From a virus (taxonomy: Duplodnaviria; Caudoviricetes), in IMG/VR virus record IMGVR_UViG_3300029288_000149, positions 11,317-75,316 of that record: a DNA stretch of 64,000 nt; one strand, 5' to 3'. The notes beneath the pieces were generated by a model. The model was not told the origin of the DNA and ran no database searches. It was given only the letters and a program-made list of their open reading frames with translations. This document shows positions 9,832 to 19,932 of this stretch, piece after piece. Within the stretch, counting starts at the first letter, position 1, and every line of letters begins with the position of its first letter. The position numbers and the translations under genes are program-made.

Positions 9832-10415
9832 TGCAATCTCCCTATAAGCGCATTGTAATCTTTGACAGGTTTGATTCCATATTCTCCACACAATATTTCA
9901 GTAACTTCAGCACTTGGTCGTTCTTCTTTATCACAATTCAACCAGTGTTTACTCAAGAGTGGTTTCAAATCCTTTACAATTTCAGTCATCCTGCATACTT
10001 CCTTCAAATTACTGTCTACATATTTCCTTGCGACTAGTAATTCGGACTGTAATATTTCTGTCTTAATATCATCATCTACGTCAGGCACACTTACATAATC
10101 ACTCTTATTAATAGTCTGAAACTTCTTGAGTGCCCAATCTCCACAAAATACATTTATTGGTATCCGATAAAATTTCTTCTCCTTCAACCACTTCTCTAAT
10201 AGCTTTACAACAGTTTGTGCATAATCACGATAACCTATGTTCAATTCTCGTAAATCGTCCATAAACGTCTCAAACACAGCATATTCACCAGGACGTATAA
10301 AGCACTTCCTGCTAAGAATCTGTTTGTGTGCAGATTCATAATGAGAGGCAAGAGCTGGTTTATTTGACAACGATTGTCTCGAATTTCTCAGAGGCATAAG
10401 TATCTGCCCTTTCAT
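9819..10415 (-). CDS. hypothetical replication-region protein
   Basis: 198-aa ORF between two helicases; true start uncertain. Confidence 0.6.
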   Translation of the reverse strand: MKGQILMPLRNSRQSLSNKPALASHYESAHKQILSRKCFIRPGEYAVFETFMDDLRELNIGYRDYAQTVVKLLEKWLKEKKFYRIPINVFCGDWALKKFQTINKSDYVSVPDVDDDIKTEILQSELLVARKYVDSNLKEVCRMTEIVKDLKPLLSKHWLNCDKEERPSAEVTEILCGEYGIKPVKDYNALIGRLQCRK

Positions 10416-11706
10416 GAGAATGTTCTAATAAGTACATATTTGTATCATCAAGAAAGTCATGAACAGTAAGAATATTCTCCTTATCTTCCTTCTTACGTAA
10501 TCCTCTGCCAATACGTTGCAGCAACTTAACATGACTTTTACCACCTGCAGCCAGGACAATTGTGTCAACTGCTGGGACATCTATTCCTTCATCGTAAATT
10601 GGGGTAGCTATGAAAACTCCCGGATCACCAGTTCTCATCCTGTCAAGCACAGAATTTCTGTATTCAGCTTCATCATTACCAGACACAAATACAGAATTTG
10701 GTAATAAGTCTGTCAATATCTTACCGTGCTCTATACGATTGACAAGTATGAGTACCAAACCCTTTGACTCTTTAGCTAACTTTGTAATCAATTTGTTACG
10801 AACCTCACCATTAACAATAAGTTTGTCGTAAGCAGATTGGTAATCCAACTCCCATTCGTCAACGTCATAAGATTCAACAACGTGCACATAAACTTTTGGA
10901 ACTGCAGAGTAACCCTCTTTTACGAGAAATGCATTGGAAGTTGTGCAGAGTATGTCACCAGTAGCTGCTGCTAGTTTCATGTCAGCCAATACTTCATACT
11001 TCAATGGTGTACCACTAAATCCATATCTGTAACTTCCAGGAATCTTGAACATAATGTCCATCATCTGATTACTTGACAGGTGGTGACACTCATCACTTAT
11101 CACAACCTGATTACCGGTAAAATCAATCTTCTTATCTCTTGCTAAAGTCTGTATCATAGCAACAGTTATGTTCTTCTTAGACTTTACACCATCACCATAA
11201 ATTCCCACCTTACATCCAAGACGCTTCTCCAAACGTCTAGCAGTCTGGTACATCAACTCTTTACGGTGTACAATAACCACAGTTTGAGGTAAATACAATG
11301 ACCACAATATCGCAGCCACAACTTCTGTCTTACCAGAATTCGTAGCCATTCCTGCTACACCTCTGCGGTAATTCGTCATTGTCTCAGCAGCCTCATGTTG
11401 GTAATCTCTGAGTTTTATTCCATGTAACGAATCTACTAGGATGTGTCTGTGTGGAAGTACAACCGTATTATCTATGACATTTACTTCCCAACCAGCTTTC
11501 TCCAATCCATTCACTACAAGTGATAATAAACCTGTAGGAAATTCTTTCAAACCTCTCATAAGAGATATGTAACCGTCCCACATACCAGACCTGTACTTCG
11601 GCATGTGATAAAACCCTTCAGGTCTAGCTCTGCAAATTTGTCTGATAATTGGTAATGCTTTCATTTCAGGAGTTGTTGAGTAACGATCACCTACTATTAT
11701 GTCCAT
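10360..11706 (-). CDS. SF2 helicase (UvsW/XPB-like)
   Basis: LRDYQ; MATNSGKTE; ISDECHH; GFSGTP; DEGIDVP; QRIGRGLR. Confidence 0.9.
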   Translation of the reverse strand: MDIIVGDRYSTTPEMKALPIIRQICRARPEGFYHMPKYRSGMWDGYISLMRGLKEFPTGLLSLVVNGLEKAGWEVNVIDNTVVLPHRHILVDSLHGIKLRDYQHEAAETMTNYRRGVAGMATNSGKTEVVAAILWSLYLPQTVVIVHRKELMYQTARRLEKRLGCKVGIYGDGVKSKKNITVAMIQTLARDKKIDFTGNQVVISDECHHLSSNQMMDIMFKIPGSYRYGFSGTPLKYEVLADMKLAAATGDILCTTSNAFLVKEGYSAVPKVYVHVVESYDVDEWELDYQSAYDKLIVNGEVRNKLITKLAKESKGLVLILVNRIEHGKILTDLLPNSVFVSGNDEAEYRNSVLDRMRTGDPGVFIATPIYDEGIDVPAVDTIVLAAGGKSHVKLLQRIGRGLRKKEDKENILTVHDFLDDTNMYLLEHSHERADTYASEKFETIVVK

Positions 11707-11764
11707 TGTCTCTCTTCAGACAGCATTGCAGATATAATCTGCATAATAGAATTTATTGTCGGTA

Positions 11765-11850
11765 TTCGAGTAGTCAGTTGGATAATATAGGCTGACAATG
11801 ACCTATAAGCTGTGAACCAGGAGGATCAGAAATCCAACTGACTGTTCGAA
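11765..11850 (-). other. intergenic long inverted repeat / multibranch hairpin
   Basis: 19-nt arms 11765-11783 and 11832-11850 pair at 17/19 positions and enclose two small hairpins. Confidence 0.6.
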
Positions 11851-11900
11851 CACTGACTAATAATGTAAATGTTCACATAATATAACTTGTGACTCAAAAG

Positions 11901-12398
11901 TTATGTAGAGGCGACCTTTCTTACCATCATCCTCACTAACATGTCATCAGCAGCTGCTGCAATTACAGCTTTGTCATATATCCTTACCGTATAACCAGGT
12001 AATAATATAAGACCATTCGGTATTGGATTCGCAAGATGTGATGTATCTCTGAATGCAGTCATGTCTGGCAATCCAACGGCAAAGTTGTAATTTCTTGTCA
12101 AACTAGCAGCTTGTACAATACCTGCCATAATTCTCTGAATGACATTCGTACCGTCTGTCAATTCAATACACAATTGCCTATTACCAGCATCAGCAGACGA
12201 TGTGTAATCAACTCGTATTGACAATATCTCCCACGTAAATCCAGCAGGTACAGTAAATGTCTTGTCAGAATCATCTTCTGTAACATCTGACTGTTGCTCA
12301 ATAACACCAGCAGGTACTACAATCTGCTGACCTGCTGAGTTGACAAGTAAGGCATAATAAATTCCACTACCATCCTTTGCAGTATTTCCAGAAGCCAT
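11901..12398 (-). CDS. hypothetical virion-module protein (beta-rich)
   Basis: Last gene of the tail operon. Confidence 0.6.
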   Translation of the reverse strand: MASGNTAKDGSGIYYALLVNSAGQQIVVPAGVIEQQSDVTEDDSDKTFTVPAGFTWEILSIRVDYTSSADAGNRQLCIELTDGTNVIQRIMAGIVQAASLTRNYNFAVGLPDMTAFRDTSHLANPIPNGLILLPGYTVRIYDKAVIAAAADDMLVRMMVRKVAST

Positions 12399-12401
12399 AA
12401 C

Positions 12402-13241
12402 TCACACTCCTCCTACAACATGTCGTGTAAATTCTATATCAAATTCATTCTCAAGTGCTCCTAAAGCATTCTGAAGTGTTGTATCATTTATTGTGTATAA
12501 TGGTCTTATGTCTAATACAATATCAGATTCATTCAGAAGAGTAGCAGTAGAAGACAATTTCACATAAGCTAGTGGTAATATATTCAAAGGCACATCCGGA
12601 TAAACTATTGAAGTCTCAATAACAGCTGCTGTGCCTACAACAGAAGCTACAGCATTTGTAATCGGATTGAGATATATTAATATACCAACATAACCACCAG
12701 CTGGTTTGTATGCAGTCAAATCATAATCATCTTCACCTTCATAATAAGCAAGTTTACTCCCAACTATATAAAATCCTTGTACAATATCTACCTTCAGGTC
12801 TCCCAATTTGGCAGGGTACACACGTAATGGTATCAATGCTCTTGGATAAATTGATATTGCATCAGCACCTGGATATGTATCTTGCCATTCATGAGAAGTT
12901 GCATGATTGTAAACAGTTGGAGAATTTTGAACAGGAGATTCTGATGTCATGGGAGTTATATCCCAATCCATACTGATTACCATTGTTCTGAAAGGATTAC
13001 CATATTCTGATGACACTAGTACATTCAAACCAACAAGACGTTTCACTGAAGTATTAAAGACTTGGAATACAGCACCACTCGAGCCTTGTTCTTGTACCCA
13101 AATGTAACCAGGTCTGTTCTTTACAGCACAATCATTCGGATAATCTATCCCTACAGTAACACAACGTAATACTGACACCTTTGGTTGTAACTTGGAGTCT
13201 CGTTCTCTTCTACTGCGTAAGATATCTCTTATATTCTTCAT
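12402..13241 (-). CDS. putative minor tail/tail-tip protein
   Basis: Position after the large tail protein; start reassigned to MKNIR (ATGA overlap). Confidence 0.55.
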   Translation of the reverse strand: MKNIRDILRSRRERDSKLQPKVSVLRCVTVGIDYPNDCAVKNRPGYIWVQEQGSSGAVFQVFNTSVKRLVGLNVLVSSEYGNPFRTMVISMDWDITPMTSESPVQNSPTVYNHATSHEWQDTYPGADAISIYPRALIPLRVYPAKLGDLKVDIVQGFYIVGSKLAYYEGEDDYDLTAYKPAGGYVGILIYLNPITNAVASVVGTAAVIETSIVYPDVPLNILPLAYVKLSSTATLLNESDIVLDIRPLYTINDTTLQNALGALENEFDIEFTRHVVGGV

Positions 13242-16126
13242 GAGTGTGAACACACATTCCACAATAATAATGAGTCAATGGTTATTTTAGGTACTATGGG
13301 AGTAAGCCATGAAAATTGAGTTACCCAGGCTTCATTTATGTTAGTAAAATATACTCTATATCTTAATTGCCATTTATCGTACAAACTGCCGTGTGATGGA
13401 TACTTAATTTTTGTGCTGAATTGGTCAGTATCATTAGTAATAACTACTAATCCCCAAGGAGTCTTAGCTTCCATATAATGTGATACAAGTCCTTCTTCTG
13501 AATTTTGTAGAATTGTCACCCAATTGAACCAAGCAGGATATTTCGTCAAATTCCATACAGAAGACAAAGTCACATTACTGTTAACACTATAAATCCAAGG
13601 AGGATTAGCAACACCACAAGACAATTTATCCAATTGTTGTACTAAACCACCATCTGCATTCTCTATGTAAGTATATTCACCAAAACTTGTCGAGTACGGA
13701 TATACTGCAGGGTACCACCCGTCATTATCATTTAATGTGTGTGCATGACTAGCTAATGTAGGCACCTCACAAACAAATTCTATCGCAGATATATCAACAC
13801 CAGCAGCCACATTGAAGCGACCAGTACGCTGATAACCACTCCCAACGACAGGATCTTTTACTCCTGTTGCAACTCTTGTACCAGTAGCATCTAACGCATA
13901 AATCTCGTAAAAGTCATCATCTGTAGTTATCTCGTATTCACCAGTATCGTCGTCTACGTCATAGAAATAACCATTAAGTGTGTACCTTGTATAATTTGTA
14001 TAATTCGTACCTCGTAAGAAGAAGCTAATTGGTATTATAGTACTACCTCCTGGAGCTTCTCCAGAGTATACAAAATAAGGACCATTTGGTGAGTATGCTA
14101 AATTTGTACGACACAATGCACTTATAGCAGGTATAGTAGCTGGAGACGGCACAATGGTAGTAGGAGAACCTCCAGGATAATTTGGATATGGTTGCATTGG
14201 TACAATTGGGTATATTGGTGGAATATTCGGAACATAAGGTATCGCAGGTGTGTATGCAGGTATTGGAGAGTATGGAGTTTCGGGTTCCTCAGTATACTCT
14301 ACTGTTATGCCGTCCAGAGAGTCAACATCGACTTCAAATATGCATAAAGGATATATTGTCCCTGATGTAATTGAAACTCTGTAAGTGACCTCCCTGCACA
14401 ACATACGGACATCTATGTCTATGCCTCTACGAGTATAAGAGGCAGGGATTGTTAATGTGTACCAAACTTTTGGTGATAATGTAATTGGATAATCACCAAC
14501 AAAAGATAATCCGATTTCAGATATCTCAGAATTTGCTATTGCATATAATCTACCAACTAAAGTATTCAATTGTGATTGACTATACAAAACAAGTCTCTCA
14601 ACATTTATTATGTCATTACCAACATTATTCGGAATAACACCAGGAGATTGTGCTATAAGAGGAGTAAATGTGCCTGAAATATTAGCAACTCCAGATGCAG
14701 ACACCAATGCTGCTTTAGGATCTTTATTTCTGTCAATTCGTAAACCCTCTTCAAGTCTCCAATCTTGTGTAGTAATGTCAAAGTACGTTTCCAAGGCATC
14801 TCTAGTAGTGTCATCAAGTATAAGAGAATCTATGTCGAGATGCACACCACTTACTTGATCACAATACAATTTAGCAAATATACCATTTTCGTATACCCAA
14901 TCTGTCAATGTAAACAAATTACCATCTGTCATATCATCACAAGCTGTCATTGTATACAAATTTTCAGTAGGTAAGAATACATCTGCAATTTCAAATAATG
15001 TACTGTGCCATTTCCATAAATGGTGTACTGCTCTAGCTACTGTTAATGTATTGTAAGGAAATTGATACCACGTCACTGCAAGACTTCCAGAAGGTACTGC
15101 CTCAAGAGACAATGAAAACATTCTCATATTCTTCATAAGAGCATCAATCGTTCCAATATCGAACGACACTTCATTGGCAGTAACTGTTCTTTGTATAGAT
15201 TCAGAAAGGATATAACCAACAAACCTTACCTCATTGAAAGCACCAATATTCTGTTTTGTATTATTATACCAATTCTCACTCCAAATTACAACAAGTGCAC
15301 CATCTTCTATGTCTTCAATATTAGCAGCTTCCTTCAATATTGTACTCAAAGTACATCCACCAGAAGACCAACTACAATCAATTGATTCCAATGTAAAATT
15401 CAAATGAGGAGAATCTGCACCGGTTCTAGTGTGTACAAAGAATATTCTGTATGTGCTTTGACTAGAATCCATACTGTCAGTTACAGTCAATTTTACAATA
15501 TGCTGACCAGCAGCCGTAAATGTTATTGTTGTTGTCTCACTTGTTGCAGAATCTATCACACCAGTATCACATGACCACAAATAAGTCATTGTAGCAGATG
15601 CTCCATGTGCTATTGGATATGAATCACTGCAATCCAAATCGAATGTAATACTACCACCATCTAAGAATCCTGCTCTGTGTGATCCTGCTATAGCTACAGG
15701 TGGTATACGTATATTCTGATCAGAATATGCTATGTCATAATCTTTGTAAAATCTGTAATCGTCAGCAGCATCTATGTATGGAAATATAGTCCACAACTCG
15801 TACTGTCTGTAAACTTCGATTGTATAGCTTACACTCCATGACACAACATTCTCATCCAATTTCAATATCTGTCCTACCCTAGAACGATATCTACGTTTAC
15901 AAACTAAATTACCATCAGCGTCCTTTACTTTAACTGTAAATCCTTCTTCAATATCCGCAATGTCACCAGATATATCTGTGACAGTTATCTCTCTTGCACC
16001 ATAAGCTGGAGTACCTGCAACTTGTCCAGTGTATACCAATTCAGGCTTGAATATTGACATATAAAATGTTGACTTATGAGGATGTGATCGTAATGCAACC
16101 AAATCAGCAGGTGATAATACTGTCAT
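13238..16126 (-). CDS. large minor tail / hub-like protein (PKD/Ig-like segment, Pro-rich linker)
   Basis: 962 aa, second gene after tape measure; TYLWSCDTG..TITFTAAGQHIVKLTVTDS PKD-like motif. Confidence 0.65.
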   Translation of the reverse strand: MTVLSPADLVALRSHPHKSTFYMSIFKPELVYTGQVAGTPAYGAREITVTDISGDIADIEEGFTVKVKDADGNLVCKRRYRSRVGQILKLDENVVSWSVSYTIEVYRQYELWTIFPYIDAADDYRFYKDYDIAYSDQNIRIPPVAIAGSHRAGFLDGGSITFDLDCSDSYPIAHGASATMTYLWSCDTGVIDSATSETTTITFTAAGQHIVKLTVTDSMDSSQSTYRIFFVHTRTGADSPHLNFTLESIDCSWSSGGCTLSTILKEAANIEDIEDGALVVIWSENWYNNTKQNIGAFNEVRFVGYILSESIQRTVTANEVSFDIGTIDALMKNMRMFSLSLEAVPSGSLAVTWYQFPYNTLTVARAVHHLWKWHSTLFEIADVFLPTENLYTMTACDDMTDGNLFTLTDWVYENGIFAKLYCDQVSGVHLDIDSLILDDTTRDALETYFDITTQDWRLEEGLRIDRNKDPKAALVSASGVANISGTFTPLIAQSPGVIPNNVGNDIINVERLVLYSQSQLNTLVGRLYAIANSEISEIGLSFVGDYPITLSPKVWYTLTIPASYTRRGIDIDVRMLCREVTYRVSITSGTIYPLCIFEVDVDSLDGITVEYTEEPETPYSPIPAYTPAIPYVPNIPPIYPIVPMQPYPNYPGGSPTTIVPSPATIPAISALCRTNLAYSPNGPYFVYSGEAPGGSTIIPISFFLRGTNYTNYTRYTLNGYFYDVDDDTGEYEITTDDDFYEIYALDATGTRVATGVKDPVVGSGYQRTGRFNVAAGVDISAIEFVCEVPTLASHAHTLNDNDGWYPAVYPYSTSFGEYTYIENADGGLVQQLDKLSCGVANPPWIYSVNSNVTLSSVWNLTKYPAWFNWVTILQNSEEGLVSHYMEAKTPWGLVVITNDTDQFSTKIKYPSHGSLYDKWQLRYRVYFTNINEAWVTQFSWLTPIVPKITIDSLLLWNVCSHS

Positions 16127-16563
16127 AGATAACCTGCTACTTCTACTAAATTGACAAATTGTAATTTAACAGACTGCATTGCATAAGGAGACCTTACGAT
16201 AGGATTACCATCCTGTCCGAATAATAATGGCTTCCACATAACAGCACTAAATACTTTGAATGCATTAGCAGCCACAGCGTGTGTGCCATCTCTTATGTCA
16301 GTTCTAATATAGAGATTGACATAATCTGCACCTTCAAGATACTCCAATAATTTTGACAGTCTGTCTATAGATATGACATCCCAAATCCACGCAGCTATCG
16401 AATATCCATCACCAACTCTCGACATGTCAGCTCTTATTGTATAAACTGAAGCAGCCTGATACGTAACTTGGTCTGGAGCAGCAAGTCCTAAATTCTTCAG
16501 TGTAGTCAATTTACTAGGATCTGTGCCTATTTTGTAAAGTGTATCAACTTGATAATTTCTCAT
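16123..16563 (-). CDS. putative distal tail (Dit-like) protein
   Basis: Position immediately after tape measure; size ~146 aa. Confidence 0.45.
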   Translation of the reverse strand: MRNYQVDTLYKIGTDPSKLTTLKNLGLAAPDQVTYQAASVYTIRADMSRVGDGYSIAAWIWDVISIDRLSKLLEYLEGADYVNLYIRTDIRDGTHAVAANAFKVFSAVMWKPLLFGQDGNPIVRSPYAMQSVKLQFVNLVEVAGYL

Positions 16564-16564
16564 T

Positions 16565-19081
16565 CTAACCTTTATTTCTCTCAACTTCTATAAGTGCATT
16601 GACAACAAGACGTTGTACATAAGGTTCCAAACCTGTTCCATCAACTGTTATGTGCATATTTCTAGTAGCTTGAGATTCAGAAGGAGCGACAGAAGGTATA
16701 CGCTTAAGATTGTAAGAATTCAATGAATTTATTAATCCTGAATCTATCAATTCAGAAGATACTTGACCTGCTTGTCCAACATTTCTTGTAAGATACTTTC
16801 CTGGTGATGTTTGTGATGTGCCTACTGGTATGACAGTTTTGGAACTACTTTGTGGTACAGAAATTCCTAACATACTATTGTATGCATTTACCAAAGCACT
16901 TAGACTTTCAAAATAGACACCCCAATCTTGCAACAATCTGTTAAGACCAGTCTGTGTCATACCATCCATGGCTATAAAGCTATTCCACATGTCACGTAAT
17001 ATTCTGTCTAACTTACGTCTTCTATCCTCTTCTGCCCACTTATCGTACAGATTCTGTAATTCAGCCTGTCTTCTAAGATTCCTGTTCATAGACTCATACT
17101 CTTTTTGTCTAGCTTCCTCAGCCTTCCTGAGTTGAGTCTGCAGACTTTCGTCCATGTCTTGTATTGTCTTCAGATACTCTTCACGAGCTTTCGTTCTTCT
17201 CTCAGCAACAGCACGTTCTTCCTCACTTATCTGTCGTTTATTCTGTCTTACCAAGGACAGTAAACCAACAGCATCACGCTTCCTTGCTAATTCACCAGCC
17301 TCATAATTGAAGGTTATCAATAATTCCTGTAATCTCTTCTGGTGATCCTTCTCAATCTGTAAAGACTGTTCAGCAGCTTGTATAGCTAATTCACTCTTTG
17401 CCTCAGCAGCATTTTCCAAAATAGATTGTATTCTCTCAGAATTATTACGTTCAATATCTTCAATTTGTCTAGCTCTAGATATAGCAGCCAGTATGTCATC
17501 TCTACCCTTCTGTATTGAACGTTCAAGTGCTTCATCCTCAAGAGATGTCTTAAGTTCAGTAAACTTGTAATTTGCACTGATCAAAGCATTCTGTAATTTC
17601 TGTGCTGCAACAAGTTGACGTTCAACAGCAGTTTCACGCTCTCTGGCAAGTTCTTTTTCCGTTTCAAGTGCTTTCTTCTCTTCTTCTGTCAATTGTTTAG
17701 TTTTATCTATTATCTCACCAGTCTTCTCATCTACCAAACCGTACGTTATTGACAATTCGTGGAATGTGTCAGCATATGCCTTCTGATATTCTTCCATGAA
17801 TGACAAAGCTCTTGTGGAATATACTCCTGTTGCAGATTCTAACATTGCCACTTCAATTTCTGATGCAGTATAACCATAACTTTTGAGAATTTCAAATGCT
17901 TTCTCTGTCGCAGTAACAGATGCCTTAAACAACGTTAAACTCTTTAAGAGTGTTGTCATAGCAGAATCAGAATTCTCTATTTGTTCTGCTGTCATACCAA
18001 ATGCTGGTGCTAACTCTTTGGCAATGGCTTCGGAAAGGTCTGGTATAAGAGTTATCAATTTAGGTATAACATCTACAAGGTTTAATAATAATTCATACAA
18101 CAATTTTCCTGAACCTTCGACAAACTCTGCTATGTCGTATCCAAGTTGATTTATTTCATCTTCATTATCACGTAACCATTCAACCAAATTCTTAAGGAAT
18201 TTCTCCCAATCTCCAATAGCTGCTGTATAAACAGGCTCGAATGCAGCACCTATTGCATATTTCACTTCTTCGTAGTATCCAGGCAATGCTTTGATTATTC
18301 TGGAAGATGAATCTTGTGCACTCTCATAAGCACCAGTAATTTGAGTACCAGCCTCAATGGCAGCATTAAGAGCAATCTGTTGTCTCTCAACAGCAGTAAG
18401 TTGTTCGACTATTCTACCAGATTCGAGCGCAGCTTTCTGATAAGCAGCTTGAAAATCTACATAAAGTCCTAAAGACTTTAGCATTTGAGCACTTTGTCTA
18501 TTACTCTGTTTAGCACTAGCTTCAGTCTGTGCTGCAATTACTTGAATAAGTTGCAACATAGCATCAGAAACTTTCATTCCAGACACAATAGAAGCATCTT
18601 GTGCTACAGTAACAAGTTCAGTAGCTCTGCTCAAATCCAATTCCCCATCAACCATTTTCTTCAAGGTTTGTAATGATTCTCTTGTGGTAAAACTTTGATC
18701 CTTCAAAGATTCTACATATTTATTTATTTGTTCAGATGAATATCCAGCCTGTCCTGCTGTAATTTCAAGTGATCTGTTAAGAGCATCTGTCTCAGTACGT
18801 AACTGTACTGCTACTTTTATAAGGTCTCCAAAACCACTAATACCACCAGTAACAGCTTTCACAAACATACTAGCTAAAGTACCAAATACACCTCCAACAA
18901 CACCAACCACAGCACCAACTTTTAATAGGCTGTTACTCATACCACCTGATTTAGCAGCTACTGTCTTATCAGTCTTCTCAACATTCTTATTGAAATTATC
19001 AAAGAATTTACCGGTCTGGTCATCTATTGATGCCTTCCACAGTAAATCTTCCTCATTATTCCCAGCAAATTCGTCAGACAT
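16565..19081 (-). CDS. tape measure protein
   Basis: 838 aa, Ala/Gly-rich N-terminus, long coiled-coil, downstream of chaperone pair. Confidence 0.85.
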   Translation of the reverse strand: MSDEFAGNNEEDLLWKASIDDQTGKFFDNFNKNVEKTDKTVAAKSGGMSNSLLKVGAVVGVVGGVFGTLASMFVKAVTGGISGFGDLIKVAVQLRTETDALNRSLEITAGQAGYSSEQINKYVESLKDQSFTTRESLQTLKKMVDGELDLSRATELVTVAQDASIVSGMKVSDAMLQLIQVIAAQTEASAKQSNRQSAQMLKSLGLYVDFQAAYQKAALESGRIVEQLTAVERQQIALNAAIEAGTQITGAYESAQDSSSRIIKALPGYYEEVKYAIGAAFEPVYTAAIGDWEKFLKNLVEWLRDNEDEINQLGYDIAEFVEGSGKLLYELLLNLVDVIPKLITLIPDLSEAIAKELAPAFGMTAEQIENSDSAMTTLLKSLTLFKASVTATEKAFEILKSYGYTASEIEVAMLESATGVYSTRALSFMEEYQKAYADTFHELSITYGLVDEKTGEIIDKTKQLTEEEKKALETEKELARERETAVERQLVAAQKLQNALISANYKFTELKTSLEDEALERSIQKGRDDILAAISRARQIEDIERNNSERIQSILENAAEAKSELAIQAAEQSLQIEKDHQKRLQELLITFNYEAGELARKRDAVGLLSLVRQNKRQISEEERAVAERRTKAREEYLKTIQDMDESLQTQLRKAEEARQKEYESMNRNLRRQAELQNLYDKWAEEDRRRKLDRILRDMWNSFIAMDGMTQTGLNRLLQDWGVYFESLSALVNAYNSMLGISVPQSSSKTVIPVGTSQTSPGKYLTRNVGQAGQVSSELIDSGLINSLNSYNLKRIPSVAPSESQATRNMHITVDGTGLEPYVQRLVVNALIEVERNKG

Positions 19082-19326
19082 TATTTTCTAACTTTCTGCA
19101 TAGCGTACTCTTCCTGCAAGCTGTGTAACCACTCTTTTCCTAATTTCGTAGCTACCATATAAGTTCTTGATTTGACAGGTATCTCAAACCATCTCTCATC
19201 ATAAGGGATACTAAATGCATATGCTGTGCTGGCTTCAATAAATCTCATACTTGTAAAAGACATAGTATCTTCACCTGCATTCTTGTCAAAAATTACCTTA
19301 TGTAACGGTTTTTCGTCCCATTTCAA
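19081..19326 (-). CDS. tail assembly chaperone, gpT-like (probable frameshift extension)
   Basis: TTG start without clear RBS; overlaps the end of the upstream chaperone in the +1 frame; abuts tape measure. Confidence 0.5.
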   Translation of the reverse strand: MKWDEKPLHKVIFDKNAGEDTMSFTSMRFIEASTAYAFSIPYDERWFEIPVKSRTYMVATKLGKEWLHSLQEEYAMQKVRK

Positions 19327-19864
19327 GTTGAAACCCTAACAAGGCATCTATTATGCCTTGTAGGTTCACCTCCTGATAACACGCAGATTCTACAATTGCC
19401 GAACGTTCTTTAGCATCAACTATTACATTACTCTTCAAGAATGCTAACAAACGCTTTCCAGGGTGTGTTGACACTTTGTAATTTGGGAATGCTGCCTCAA
19501 CTCTGTTAACCCAATCTTCGCTGGACAATTCTATTGGACCGGACTCAATTACAACACAATTTGAAAGTAAGAAGTCAGTACGTGCTTTCTCACGTAACAC
19601 TTCTATCTCATCATTCTTTACTTCTGCATTCTTGTAAGAGATATACAATTCATATTCTTCGACATTACTGGCTTCTGGTACAGCATTCGGTATAAGGTAT
19701 TCTATGTCGATAGTATCACCTGCCATCAACTTCATCTTACGAGTTGGGTACTTTACTAGTGGAAATTGTTCTTCAATAAAGTCCAGGTAATATGGAGGTA
19801 AAGGCTTCACTAAGACAGTGAAGCCTGAGGATAATGTTAATCGTATACCTTTCTGCTCTACCAA
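19298..19864 (-). CDS. tail assembly chaperone, gpG-like
   Basis: Position between major tail and tape measure genes. Confidence 0.6.
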   Translation of the reverse strand: MVEQKGIRLTLSSGFTVLVKPLPPYYLDFIEEQFPLVKYPTRKMKLMAGDTIDIEYLIPNAVPEASNVEEYELYISYKNAEVKNDEIEVLREKARTDFLLSNCVVIESGPIELSSEDWVNRVEAAFPNYKVSTHPGKRLLAFLKSNVIVDAKERSAIVESACYQEVNLQGIIDALLGFQLEMGRKTVT

Positions 19865-19883
19865 GTTTTCTCCTCACGATAGA

Positions 19884-19922
19884 ATGTAGGAGAGTTGAGT
19901 GGAAGGTACAACCCTCCTACAT
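19884..19922 (-). terminator. hairpin after the major tail gene
   Basis: ATGTAGGAG...CTCCTACAT inverted repeat. Confidence 0.45.
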
Positions 19923-19932
19923 ATTGGGTATG

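Noticed and set aside
11765-11850. SRP (4.5S) RNA
   Set aside because: Lacks the conserved domain IV CAGG/GGAA/AGCA signature.
19298-19340. Canonical -1 frameshift at GGGTTTC
   Set aside because: The heptamer is in phase GGG-TTT-C and the downstream ORF is in the +1 frame, so a -1 slip would not reach it.
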